Sequence record: MN850635.1
Origin: Escherichia phage bumzen
DNA length: 64,000 nt
Strand: one strand, 5' to 3'
A program made the translations under genes and the position numbers. The stretch's first letter is position 1, and every line of letters begins with the position of its first letter. A model generated the notes under the pieces. It worked only from the letters and a program-made list of their open reading frames with translations. It ran no database searches and was not told the origin of the DNA. Positions 44,506-54,324 of this stretch are shown here, piece by piece.

Positions 44506-44706
44506 ATGAAGATGAGAGTAAAAGACAATTTTAAAGTTATTGACCACCGTTTAGTGGAACTCTCATCTCTTTCCAATGAGGTAATGATTGAACGTCTTAA
44601 GAGAGTTGAATCACGAAGGAAAGAGATTGCAGATGAAATTCATGAACTGGACAAGATTGAAAATGGATTGAAGGCAGAACTACAACGAAGAGGTGCTAAT
44701 GTCTAA
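44506..44706 (+). CDS. hypothetical small coiled-coil protein
   Basis: 66 aa ORF overlapping the primase start. Confidence 0.35.
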   Translation: MKMRVKDNFKVIDHRLVELSSLSNEVMIERLKRVESRRKEIADEIHELDKIENGLKAELQRRGANV

Positions 44707-46684
44707 AGGTCGTAAATTGAAAGAGGCTGGTCAGTTTATTGGTCATTGTGCATGTCCACGTTGTGGTTCATCAGATGCTGGTTCAATCTATCATCATGAC
44801 GATGATTCTTATTCGATGACTTGCTTTAGCTGTAACAAAGGTTTCCCAGAGTGGGATTTTGATAAAGGACAAATCGTGAGCACTTATTCTACTGGTTCAG
44901 ATAACAAAAACCGTACTTTCCGTGGAATGGATTTAGACGATGTAAAAGAAAACCTAGAAGCAATGGACTTGAAAGACAGGAAGATTCCTGCAAAAGTCCT
45001 TGAACGCTTAGGTATCAAGGTTGACATTGACAGTGACGGTGAAATTGATGCGCATTTCTATCCAACTTACAAACGTAATGAAGATGGTAAGCTAGAGCAT
45101 GTTGGTTACCGTGTTCGTCACCGTTACCCAGAAGACCATCCAAAAGAGCACCTACGTGGTAAGCTAAAAGACTTTTCTGGTGGTGTTGGAGACATTAAAG
45201 GTGAACTGGCAATGTTCGGTTCATGGATTGCTCCAGAAGGTGGTAACCGTCTATTCATCTGGGAAGGTGAGATGGAATGTGCGACAGCAATCTATATGAC
45301 TTCTCTTGCGATTAAAGATAAGTCTCGTCGTAAGAATTACTGTCACGTATCTGTACCATCAGGTGCAAACATTAAGTCTATCAAAGACAACTATCAGTAC
45401 ATCACATCATTTGATGAGATTTACTTGTGCTTTGATAACGATGAAGCAGGTGCTAAAGCCACTAAAGAGGCTGCTGGCATTCTCCCTATCGAGAAGGTTC
45501 GTTTATTCCAGTATCCAGAGGGTGTAAAAGACCTTAACGAATGGTGGACAAAGTTCTATAAAGAGAAAGATACAGTTCTTGAAGGGTTTAAGCAGCGTAT
45601 ATACAATGCACCCCGTTACTGCCCTGCTGGTATCAAGAACTTCGCAGATGGTTTTGAGGCAATGAAGAATCGTGGTCAGATTCCATTGATTCCTTTCCCA
45701 GAATCATTCGGAGATTTGAACAGACTGACTTATGGCGGTTATGGTTTAGGTGAGATTACAACTCTGGCAGCACCCTCTTCAGTGGGTAAATCTGCATACA
45801 CTCGTGAAATGATTTACACAGCTTGGAAAGAAACCGATTACAATATTGGTGTAATTCCTGTAGAAGATACCTATGAAGAGTTGATGGAGATGCTTTGTGC
45901 AATCCACCTTAGCAAGCAGATTTCTGAGATTCCTTATGACGAACGCGATTGGGATGAATTGAAGGAAGCACACGCAGAACTGTCTAAAGGTCGTCGTATC
46001 CACATCGTAGACCATCAAGGGGCAATTGACCAAGATAACTTGCTGGAGTTTGTTGACTATCTTGTTAATAGCTTAGACTGTAAGATTATTATTCTTGACC
46101 CTATTACGTTGGCTCTGTCACGTTCAGATACGGATGAAGAGGAAGTTTTGTCTGAGCTATTGCGTCGTTGCAAACGCTACCAGTATGCACAAGTGAACGT
46201 CTGTCACGTTCGTAAGAGTGCAGGTGGTCAGAAGGCTAACTCTGAAGGTGGGGATATCTCTGAAGAGGATATTAAAGGCTCTGGTGCGTATTTCCAGATT
46301 TCTATGAACAACATTCTGTTAATGCGTAACAAGGTTGACCCAGACCCTGTTAAGAAAAACTTGACAAAAATCAAGCTAACTAAATGTCGTCGTCACGGTA
46401 AGTCAACGGGTATTGCTGGTCATACTTGGTACAATCCAGATACAGGACGCCTCATCAAAGCATCTGGTTGCGGAGTTGACATTGATGGTGCAGCAGAAAA
46501 TATTCGCCAACAGTTTGGTATTGGTGAAGCTGAAGACCATTACGATGACTCTTTGCCACATTATGAGGATGAAGTGTTTGACCGTGAGACTGGTGAAGTC
46601 TATACTGAAGAGCAGCGCCAAAGCTCAACGATTCCACCTGTATTAAGTGAGGATGCAGATGACTGCCCATTCGAAACTGAGTGA
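44693..46684 (+). CDS. DNA primase-helicase (gp4-like)
   Basis: 663 aa; N-terminal zinc ribbon CPRCGSSD...CFSCNKG; helicase Walker A APSSVGKSAYT. Confidence 0.8.
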   Translation: MLMSKGRKLKEAGQFIGHCACPRCGSSDAGSIYHHDDDSYSMTCFSCNKGFPEWDFDKGQIVSTYSTGSDNKNRTFRGMDLDDVKENLEAMDLKDRKIPAKVLERLGIKVDIDSDGEIDAHFYPTYKRNEDGKLEHVGYRVRHRYPEDHPKEHLRGKLKDFSGGVGDIKGELAMFGSWIAPEGGNRLFIWEGEMECATAIYMTSLAIKDKSRRKNYCHVSVPSGANIKSIKDNYQYITSFDEIYLCFDNDEAGAKATKEAAGILPIEKVRLFQYPEGVKDLNEWWTKFYKEKDTVLEGFKQRIYNAPRYCPAGIKNFADGFEAMKNRGQIPLIPFPESFGDLNRLTYGGYGLGEITTLAAPSSVGKSAYTREMIYTAWKETDYNIGVIPVEDTYEELMEMLCAIHLSKQISEIPYDERDWDELKEAHAELSKGRRIHIVDHQGAIDQDNLLEFVDYLVNSLDCKIIILDPITLALSRSDTDEEEVLSELLRRCKRYQYAQVNVCHVRKSAGGQKANSEGGDISEEDIKGSGAYFQISMNNILLMRNKVDPDPVKKNLTKIKLTKCRRHGKSTGIAGHTWYNPDTGRLIKASGCGVDIDGAAENIRQQFGIGEAEDHYDDSLPHYEDEVFDRETGEVYTEEQRQSSTIPPVLSEDADDCPFETE

Positions 46685-46936
46685 TAGTTATAAAAGAGAG
46701 GGGTTCACACCCTTCTTTGAAGAAAAAAGTTTAAATAAATTTCAGGAAGAGTGTTTGACAAAGATTGATAGATTCTATAGAATGCTCCTCATGAAATGCG
46801 ATGGAGAGGTTGAGATAAAAGAAGATTTTCACCAGAGCATGATTACAGTCATCATTGCGCTGCCTCAGCATAATATTAGTTGGCTGTTTATAATTAAAGA
46901 AAATGTGTTTGAATATCAAGTATATCGGAGAATATC

Positions 46937-47086
46937 ATGAAACACTCTAAAGCATTTGAAAAAGTTTTTGGGGATTCCTTAAAAGCCACTGCTGGAAAAC
47001 CAGCAAAATACTATGAAGAAAAACGTGTAAGAACTGGAAAAACTGCACGCAAAGCAGCTTCTAAAGATAAGCACAATTTCCAGTAA
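46937..47086 (+). CDS. small basic protein (not in the ORF track)
   Basis: 49-codon ORF ATG 46937 to TAA 47084 after GGAG. Confidence 0.3.
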   Translation: MKHSKAFEKVFGDSLKATAGKPAKYYEEKRVRTGKTARKAASKDKHNFQ

Positions 47087-47093
47087 TTAGTAT

Positions 47094-47122
47094 TTGACAA
47101 TAGGGTATCAACAAACTAGAAT
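47094..47122 (+). promoter_or_regulatory. sigma70-like promoter candidate
   Basis: TTGACA (47094-47099), 17-nt spacer, TAGAAT (47117-47122). Confidence 0.5.
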
Positions 47123-47158
47123 TGGTACTCTTCATAAATTGAGATAGAGGTTTAAATA

Positions 47159-48016
47159 ATGTCTAAAGTTGTTAAAATGAAAGCTCCGGTAGAGAAGTAC
47201 AACGGTACTGAACGTCAAACTCTGCGTTACCTGCTGAAAGATGTCTGGTTTTATTACCTGAACACTTCACCACGTCCGGGGAAAGGTAAGTCTATTGATA
47301 AGAAATTCCCAGGCAAAGACTGTAACTACAGCGTATCAATTCTGGCAGAAGACGGTAACAAACTCTTTAAAGAGTTTACTAAGTCTAAGAAGAACCCAGA
47401 AGGTTGGGATAAAGTTACTACTGAAGCAGTTGATGCAGATGACTTCGAAGAGAAGTTTGGTTGTAAACCACCTTTTGAAGCAGACACTTACTACATCTTG
47501 AAAGTAAGTCGTGCAGCAGCTTATAAAGATGGTGCTGTATGGACAGCTAAACAGTCATTCCCTGTAATGCTGATTGAAGAAGTAAATGGTAAGCGTGTAG
47601 CTGTTAAGCAGCCGATGAAGAAAATCAAAGCTCAAGCATCTGATAAACATGAAGATGACAAGAACTATGATGTAATTCATCCAGATATCGCAGTTGGTAA
47701 TGGTTCTTTTGGTAGTGTGATTCTTTCTACTCACTTCTACACTTTTGAGAACAATGTTCTGACAAAACCTATTCAGGAACAGTTTATCATTGATACTCTT
47801 GTACCTTACACTGGTGGTAACGGTGCTAATGGTGAACCTGAACTTGATGAAGATGAACTGGCTATGCTTGGTCTTGATGGTGTTGAAGATAACGGTGAAA
47901 TCACTGAAGAAGACGCAACAGACCATAAACCTTCGAATGCTTCTGATGATGGTGATGATGAAGATTTGCCAGACCCAGATGACGAAGAAGATGAAGACTT
48001 CGATACAGAAGACTAA
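47159..48016 (+). CDS. single-stranded DNA-binding protein-like, acidic C-terminal tail
   Basis: 285 aa; C-terminus DDGDDEDLPDPDDEEDEDFDTED. Confidence 0.45.
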   Translation: MSKVVKMKAPVEKYNGTERQTLRYLLKDVWFYYLNTSPRPGKGKSIDKKFPGKDCNYSVSILAEDGNKLFKEFTKSKKNPEGWDKVTTEAVDADDFEEKFGCKPPFEADTYYILKVSRAAAYKDGAVWTAKQSFPVMLIEEVNGKRVAVKQPMKKIKAQASDKHEDDKNYDVIHPDIAVGNGSFGSVILSTHFYTFENNVLTKPIQEQFIIDTLVPYTGGNGANGEPELDEDELAMLGLDGVEDNGEITEEDATDHKPSNASDDGDDEDLPDPDDEEDEDFDTED

Positions 48017-48034
48017 TCTCTAAAAGTTACTTTA

Positions 48035-48062
48035 AAGCCCTGTACTTAGTATGGGGCTTTTT
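48035..48062 (+). terminator. rho-independent terminator candidate
   Basis: AAGCCC-tgtacttagtat-GGGGCTT followed by TTTT. Confidence 0.5.
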
Positions 48063-48078
48063 CATATGGAGAGCCATA

Positions 48079-49125
48079 ATGGAGAAGTACACATTAACAA
48101 AACTTCCCGATTCAGTTACACATGTTTTTATTGACTCTGATAGTATTGCCTATAAAGGTGCTTGTGTAGTTGAGAAAGCAAAATATAAATATGTCAATAA
48201 ACTCACAGCAGAAGAATCTGAGCCATTTGATAATGCTAAAGATGCTGCAAGATGGTTAGCAGACCAGAGAATCCTTGTGGAAGAACTTGGCCTAGCATTT
48301 GATGAAGATGAATGGGAAAGACAGACTTGGAAAGAAGCTAAGAGTGAAAAAGAAGCTATCATGGCTACTCAACAGGTTCTTCAGGAATGGCTTAAGGTTG
48401 TTGGTAAAGAGAGAACTTGGGTAGGTTACTTAACAGAGAAAGGTGTGCATAAACATAAAGACATTAAAGGTCTTGAGCACCAATATCAAGGTAACCGTAA
48501 AGATGCTGTCACACCAACACACTTAGTTGCTTGTCGTGAATATCTTCTGTCAAGACCAGAGTTCAAACTCTTAAGGGGAGGCTTCGAAGCCGATTCAATC
48601 GTAATTGCTAAAGCTGAAAAGATGGGTAAGAAAGCTGCTCTTATGAGTATTGACAAAGACCTTCGACAAGCTGAAGGGACTTATTGTATTGATATGACTT
48701 ATGAAAAATCACCACTAATTTTTATCGCTGATAATAATGTTGGTAATATCTGGGATTGCCCTATCAAATCAAAACCAAAAGCTGCAAAAACAGTTGGTGT
48801 AGGTTTTAAATTCTTGTGTTATCAGGCTGTTGCTGGAGATAATGCAGACAACTACTTCGGCCTAAAAGGTGCTGGTAAAGTAGCTGTGATGAATGCTTTA
48901 GAGGGTAAAGAGACCTACAAAGAGTGTCTTGACGCTATCTATGAACTTTATGCTAAAAAAGACTCTTATACCTATGTGTCATGGGATGGACAGACCGTTA
49001 CAAAGACGCCGTTAGAGTTAATGGAACAGCATTTCTTCCTAGCTTATCAAGAGCGAAATAAATCAGATATTTTTTCATTTGAAAAGTATGGTTGGACTCC
49101 AAATGTTGACTCAGCAGATACTTAA
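48079..49125 (+). CDS. 5'-3' exonuclease / RNase H (FEN family)
   Basis: 348 aa; N-terminal VFIDSDSIAYKGA and IVIAKAEKMG...LMSIDKD resemble T4 RNase H as I recall it. Confidence 0.6.
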   Translation: MEKYTLTKLPDSVTHVFIDSDSIAYKGACVVEKAKYKYVNKLTAEESEPFDNAKDAARWLADQRILVEELGLAFDEDEWERQTWKEAKSEKEAIMATQQVLQEWLKVVGKERTWVGYLTEKGVHKHKDIKGLEHQYQGNRKDAVTPTHLVACREYLLSRPEFKLLRGGFEADSIVIAKAEKMGKKAALMSIDKDLRQAEGTYCIDMTYEKSPLIFIADNNVGNIWDCPIKSKPKAAKTVGVGFKFLCYQAVAGDNADNYFGLKGAGKVAVMNALEGKETYKECLDAIYELYAKKDSYTYVSWDGQTVTKTPLELMEQHFFLAYQERNKSDIFSFEKYGWTPNVDSADT

Positions 49126-49603
49126 AGAATATCTACACTATGACCCCGAAACAGGGGTCTTTACGTGGATAAAGAAATCAGCTAAAAGAACAGTTATAGG
49201 TTCCATTGCAGGTACACCACATAAGCGAGGTTATATTAGGATAAAAATTAAAAGAAAACCCTATATGGCTCATGATTTAGCAATCCTGTACACAGACGGT
49301 TTCCTACCTAACAGAGTAGACCATCGAAACGGTATTACTAATGATAATCGGAGATTAAATCTAAGGGTTTGCACACAAGCTGAAAACTCTTGGAATAGAA
49401 GAACACACTCCAACAACACATCTGGAGTTAAGGGTGTATCTTTCTATAAGGCTAACCAAAAATGGAAGGCCAGAGTTATGACACACGGAGTATCTCACTT
49501 TCTGGGGTATTTTGACAGTATTGAAGATGCCAAAGATGCAGTCACAAAGAAAAGAGAAGAACTACATAAAGAGTTTTCAAATCACGGAGAAGCTTATGAA
49601 TGA
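49103..49603 (+). CDS. HNH-AP2 homing endonuclease (paralog of 38974-39507)
   Basis: Start set to ATG 49103; N-terminus LHYDPETGVFTW; HNH-type VDHRNGI; AP2-like SGVKGVSFYKANQKWKARV. Confidence 0.6.
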   Translation: MLTQQILKEYLHYDPETGVFTWIKKSAKRTVIGSIAGTPHKRGYIRIKIKRKPYMAHDLAILYTDGFLPNRVDHRNGITNDNRRLNLRVCTQAENSWNRRTHSNNTSGVKGVSFYKANQKWKARVMTHGVSHFLGYFDSIEDAKDAVTKKREELHKEFSNHGEAYE

Positions 49604-50097
49604 AGATTAAAGGATTTGGCAATTGCCCTACCTACGGTCATTGGGTATCTTTATGTGGGGAAGTTGACCCCACTAAACATTTTGGCTTTGTCTATTTAGT
49701 ACACTGTAAGAAGACTGGACAGTATTATATCGGAAAGAAACAGTTTAACAGTGTGACCAAAAGAAAAGTTGCTGGGAAGACTCGGAAGAAGATAGTCACT
49801 AAGGAAAGTGATTGGATGACTTATGAGACTTCTTCTGAGTATATTAAAAAAGATATTGAGAGTTTTGGAAAAGAATTTTTTGACTTTTACATTATTCAGA
49901 CCTACTACACAAAAGGTGGCCTAGTCTATGGTGAAGCAAACCTTCAACATAAATTCGATGTAATGACAAAAAGGATTGACTCTAAGCTCAGACTCTTCTA
50001 CAATGCCAATATTGCAGCAATTAAGTTTATCACTAAAGAAACTTATGAAGATGCTGAAAAAAGAATCCATAAGGTAATGAAAGCAAATTGTGCTTGA
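49600..50097 (+). CDS. GIY-YIG endonuclease-like protein
   Basis: 165 aa; GFVYLVHC...GQYYIGKK matches a GIY...YIG arrangement. Confidence 0.45.
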   Translation: MKIKGFGNCPTYGHWVSLCGEVDPTKHFGFVYLVHCKKTGQYYIGKKQFNSVTKRKVAGKTRKKIVTKESDWMTYETSSEYIKKDIESFGKEFFDFYIIQTYYTKGGLVYGEANLQHKFDVMTKRIDSKLRLFYNANIAAIKFITKETYEDAEKRIHKVMKANCA

Positions 50098-50103
50098 TAA
50101 CTA

Positions 50104-50367
50104 TTGAGAGAGAATAAAATGTTTAACAAAAGTAAAGCTGTGAGTCATGTAGCAAAAGTTGACAGCAAGATTGAAGAACTTGAGCGCATCCTTGCAAATG
50201 CTAGAGAGTCAATAATTAAAGAAGTTGAAGCTGTTGAGTCTCAAATGCAGCACCTAATGCTTAAACGTCAAGAGCTACGTGAACATCTAGAATATATTGA
50301 AACACGAGAGCTAAAGGTTAACAAATATTTTAAGGAGTCCGAATGTTTAACTCAAGAGAATCAGTAA
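50104..50367 (+). CDS. hypothetical small coiled-coil protein
   Basis: 87 aa ORF. Confidence 0.35.
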   Translation: MRENKMFNKSKAVSHVAKVDSKIEELERILANARESIIKEVEAVESQMQHLMLKRQELREHLEYIETRELKVNKYFKESECLTQENQ

Positions 50368-51098
50368 AAAACTGGAACCTTCGTTGTGGAAACACTCAAA
50401 AGCAACCTTACAGTGATGAGTATTGGGAATCTTTAAAATCTCAATCTCTGTGTATGCTTGAAGAAGCAAAAGAGCTTGTAAAAGCAATTGAAGAGAAAGA
50501 CCCCATTGAGACACTGGATGCTCAGGCAGATTTGCAATATGTTCTTGACGGCTTGATTTATCTGTCACAACATGACCATAACGGTGCTATGAAAGCTGTT
50601 TGCCGTAATAATGACCTGAAGTACACAGATGACTATGAAGAAGCTTTAAAACGTCTTGCAGACATTGAAAAGCGTACTGGTCAAGAGTGTATTATCAGAA
50701 TGTCAGTAGTTGATGGTAAAGAGTGGTATGCTATTGTTCGTGCAGCCGATGGGAAGATTATGAAGCAATCAAATCTCCCTAAAGTACAGCTTGGTGAATA
50801 CATTGTAGAACTTGAAAGCCAAGAACTTTTTGTGGTAGTATCTGAGACATGCGTTATCTGCAAAGGTATTGTAGGTAGCTTAAAGGATTTGGGTGTAGAT
50901 GGTTTTGTAGAAGTTAATCCAATTACCTCTAAAGCAGATAAAGACTTCTGTAAAGAGAACGGACTATGGATTGCAGATATTGTCTACTATGATGGTGAGC
51001 AGTTCCATGTAACCTCATACCCGAAACTGAATTATGATGCTAATAACCTGAAGTGCTGGTTAAAAGGGGTTGGTTATAATGGATTCACAGAACATTAA
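50343..51098 (+). CDS. hypothetical protein, possible MazG-like N-terminal domain
   Basis: 251 aa; N-terminal helical EExxE-rich region EEAKELVKAIEEKD; weak call. Confidence 0.3.
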   Translation: MFNSRESVKNWNLRCGNTQKQPYSDEYWESLKSQSLCMLEEAKELVKAIEEKDPIETLDAQADLQYVLDGLIYLSQHDHNGAMKAVCRNNDLKYTDDYEEALKRLADIEKRTGQECIIRMSVVDGKEWYAIVRAADGKIMKQSNLPKVQLGEYIVELESQELFVVVSETCVICKGIVGSLKDLGVDGFVEVNPITSKADKDFCKENGLWIADIVYYDGEQFHVTSYPKLNYDANNLKCWLKGVGYNGFTEH

Positions 51099-51402
51099 TA
51101 AAGAGGGTGTGGCTCAGAAGAGCCACTTCTCAAACTACAATATTTCTATGACGGTGTTTATGAATGACCCGTTACTAGAAAAATATGGTGAGACTCCAGA
51201 TACACTTCTGGACAATGAACAAGTTTTAAAAGCAGTCCTGTACAAATACGGTATTGATATTGAGAAAGAGTATTCTTTTGAAATCTGCCAACACAGAAAC
51301 ACTTTTGGTAAAGTTGTGATGGCTCCACTCTTTATGGGCGTAGAAAGGACTGACTATGGCTGGTTGTATCTGAAAAGAAACTTGGAGAAATACCGTGTCT
51401 AA
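51070..51402 (+). CDS. hypothetical protein
   Basis: 110 aa ORF. Confidence 0.35.
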   Translation: MVIMDSQNINKEGVAQKSHFSNYNISMTVFMNDPLLEKYGETPDTLLDNEQVLKAVLYKYGIDIEKEYSFEICQHRNTFGKVVMAPLFMGVERTDYGWLYLKRNLEKYRV

Positions 51403-51730
51403 AGCAAAAAAGCTATCTTATGATGACATTATCTCAGGTGCTAAGTTAGGTGTTGATAGTATCGGACAAGATGTTAAGCACGGAGACACAGTCATGTACT
51501 GTGATGACCGAAGAGGTAGAAGTGCAATCTTGTTTGGAAGAATTGTTTGCAAGATGAGAGGTAATTACGTTGTTGCAGACATGGATGTGAACGTTACACA
51601 AAAACTTGAAACAATTATGGATGCTAGCGCACCATCATGGTTCCTAAATTGTATGCACACCTCGTCAGTCACAAAAGTAAGTGATAAGTTTTACGATATG
51701 TGGCAGAATGAGCAAATTTTCAAGATTTAA
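51395..51730 (+). CDS. hypothetical protein
   Basis: 111 aa ORF followed by a strong terminator. Confidence 0.4.
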   Translation: MSKAKKLSYDDIISGAKLGVDSIGQDVKHGDTVMYCDDRRGRSAILFGRIVCKMRGNYVVADMDVNVTQKLETIMDASAPSWFLNCMHTSSVTKVSDKFYDMWQNEQIFKI

Positions 51731-51735
51731 ACTAT

Positions 51736-51758
51736 GGAGCCTCTTCGGAGGCTCTTTT
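51736..51758 (+). terminator. rho-independent terminator with UUCG tetraloop
   Basis: GGAGCCTC-TTCG-GAGGCTC followed by TTTT. Confidence 0.75.
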
Positions 51759-51776
51759 CATCTGTAGGATTCAAAA

Positions 51777-54011
51777 ATGATTAAGACAATTAAAAAATCA
51801 AATGGTACAGTAGTAAGCTTTGACCCAGAAAGACTGAATAAGTGGGCATCATGGGCAGATAAACGTGGAATTATCTGGTCAGAAGTCACTATGGAAGCTA
51901 TGAAACGTGTTTATGAAGGATGCACCACAAAAGAGATGCACCAAGCCATGATTGATGTTTGTGTTGATAAACAAACTCAAGAGTACTCAGATATGGCTGG
52001 ACGGCTACTTCTGGGGATTATCTACAAAGAAGCCTTTGGAGGCTTTACTAAAGTTCCTACACTGGTTACCTTCGTTAAAAATATGGAGAGAGCAGGACTT
52101 TGGGAGAAGATGGACTATTCACAGGAAGAGCTTGAATATCTGCAAGGTTACATCGTACACTCAAAAGATATCTCTTACGGTTATGCAGTCTTGAAACAGT
52201 TCAGAGACAAGTATGGTATCCGTGATATTAAAACGGGAAGACTTTTTGAGTCACCACAATTTATGTTTATGGGTATGGCTATGAAAGCCTTTGAGAAGCA
52301 ACCAAAGCACCGTAGACTGCAAGATGTTATCAAGCTGTACACTTACCTATCTGACCTGAAGATTAACGCCCCTACGCCTTATTTAAATGGCTTAAGAGCA
52401 ACTAAATCAGGTTATGCGTCATGCTGTTTGATTAAGGCAAATGATACCGCTGAGTCTCTCGGTATTGCTGCAAAGGTTGCTTATGATATGACCACAAAGC
52501 AAGCTGGTATTGGTATGCTGATGGAGACACGTACTATTGGTGATGGTATCCGTCAAAATACGATTGAGCACATGGGTAAACTACCTTATTACAAGCTTGT
52601 ACGTTCATCTGTAGAGGCAAACAAACAGAAGAGTCGTGGCGGTTCAGCTAATAACTTCTACACTGCTCTAGACCCGCAGATTGAAGATTTACTGCGTTTG
52701 AAGCACCCTACAACGGTTCCTTCTAAACGTATTAATGAGATGGACTACTCATTCGGCACAAACGATTATTTCTGGCAGTGTGTTCAGTATGATACAGATT
52801 GGTTGCTATTCTCTTACAAAGATGCACCAAAACTCTATGACATGTTCTACACAGCATCTGCTGATGAGTTTGCTATGGCAGTTGGTCACGCAGTACATTC
52901 AGGAGTTAAGCACAGACGAGTAAAGGCTCGTGAAATTGCTAAGCTGTTTATTCAACAGCGTTATGCTACAGGTCGTGTGTATCCATTCTTCACTAACAAT
53001 GCAAACACGCATACACCATTTAAAGAGTCATTGAAGATGTCAAATCTTTGTATGGAAATTGTGTTGCCAGTGTATGGTTTTGAGAAAGAGACAGACCTTT
53101 ACAGAGATGATGCTGTGAAAGAGGATGGTGAGGTGGCTCTTTGCTTCCTAGCTAGTTTGGTTGCAGGGAGAATTTCAGAAGATGAATACGCTGACGTTGC
53201 TTATTATGCTCTTGCAATGGTTGACTCCGTTATTGACCTTATGGATTATCCGTATCCGTCGATGCGTAACCATGTTCAGAAGCGTCGTTCTGTTGGGATT
53301 GGCCTTACAAATGTGGCTCATTACCTTGCGAAGAACTACGTGAACTACTCTTCACGAGCAGGTAAAACGAAGCTTCATGAGCTTGCTGAAATGCACTCTT
53401 ACTATCTGCATGAAGCCTCTCTGAGACTTGCTAAAGAGCGTGGTGTTCCAGAGTACATGAAGTTCACTAAGTATCCTGAAGGCTGGGTTCCTCCAAAGAC
53501 AGCTAACAAGAAGATTGATGAAAAGCATGATGCAAAACTAAGATATGATTGGGATGACTTAGCACAACGTATCAAAGAGAATGGTGGAATCCGAAACTCT
53601 GTATTAGAAGCTTACATGCCTAATGAGAGTTCTTCACTAGCAACTAATACGACAAATGGCTTGTACCCAATTCGTGACTTTATTTTAACTAAAAAATCTG
53701 CAACTGGTAACGTACTGTTTATTGTTCCAGATTATGAAGAGTTGAAGTATGTCTATGAAATTGCTTGGGATATTGACACCTTTGATATGATTGATTGTTA
53801 TGCAATTGTTCAAAAGTTCACTGGTCAGGCTATCTCTTCAGACTTCTATGTTGACTATGCAAAGTCTAAGAAGGTATCATTGGCTCAAGCTTTGAAGTAC
53901 ATGATTTATGCCAACTCGGTAGGTATGAAAACCATGTACTACCTTAACAGTCGCATTGGTGTAGGTAAATCTGCACTGCAAGATGCTTATTGCGAGGGTT
54001 GTGGTGTTTAG
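51777..54011 (+). CDS. nrdA: ribonucleotide reductase class I large subunit
   Basis: 744 aa; ATP-cone-like N-terminus; active-site region SNLCMEIVLP. Confidence 0.85.
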   Translation: MIKTIKKSNGTVVSFDPERLNKWASWADKRGIIWSEVTMEAMKRVYEGCTTKEMHQAMIDVCVDKQTQEYSDMAGRLLLGIIYKEAFGGFTKVPTLVTFVKNMERAGLWEKMDYSQEELEYLQGYIVHSKDISYGYAVLKQFRDKYGIRDIKTGRLFESPQFMFMGMAMKAFEKQPKHRRLQDVIKLYTYLSDLKINAPTPYLNGLRATKSGYASCCLIKANDTAESLGIAAKVAYDMTTKQAGIGMLMETRTIGDGIRQNTIEHMGKLPYYKLVRSSVEANKQKSRGGSANNFYTALDPQIEDLLRLKHPTTVPSKRINEMDYSFGTNDYFWQCVQYDTDWLLFSYKDAPKLYDMFYTASADEFAMAVGHAVHSGVKHRRVKAREIAKLFIQQRYATGRVYPFFTNNANTHTPFKESLKMSNLCMEIVLPVYGFEKETDLYRDDAVKEDGEVALCFLASLVAGRISEDEYADVAYYALAMVDSVIDLMDYPYPSMRNHVQKRRSVGIGLTNVAHYLAKNYVNYSSRAGKTKLHELAEMHSYYLHEASLRLAKERGVPEYMKFTKYPEGWVPPKTANKKIDEKHDAKLRYDWDDLAQRIKENGGIRNSVLEAYMPNESSSLATNTTNGLYPIRDFILTKKSATGNVLFIVPDYEELKYVYEIAWDIDTFDMIDCYAIVQKFTGQAISSDFYVDYAKSKKVSLAQALKYMIYANSVGMKTMYYLNSRIGVGKSALQDAYCEGCGV

Positions 54012-54066
54012 TTTTAATAACTATGAGGGTCGTAAAAGACCCTCTAAAAATAACTTTGGAGAGACC

Positions 54067-54324
54067 ATGAAAGATTTAATAGAAAAACATGAGCGGCCTA
54101 TATACTTGCTCCACAAGCCTCGGAAAACGATGTACTATGTTAGTAGCACAGATATGATGATAAAACAAAATGATGACTCATGGGTTGCTGGTATCTCTTA
54201 CATCTCTACAGCAGATGGTAAAATATACGCAAGACCTTATGAGATGTTCAACAAAGAAAATTGGGAAGTTTTAGACAGAAAACAAGCCTTAGAAATGATA
54301 AAGAAAGGAGAAATCACACTATGA
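54067..54324 (+). CDS. hypothetical small protein between nrdA and nrdB
   Basis: ORF track 53983-54324 trimmed to the ATG after GGAGAG; about 85 aa. Confidence 0.35.
   Translation: MKDLIEKHERPIYLLHKPRKTMYYVSSTDMMIKQNDDSWVAGISYISTADGKIYARPYEMFNKENWEVLDRKQALEMIKKGEITL

Noticed and set aside
54261-54320. Longer nrdB start at 54261
   Set aside because: The upstream in-frame Met lacks an RBS and overlaps the preceding small ORF; ATG 54321 follows AAGGAG and gives a typical NrdB N-terminus.
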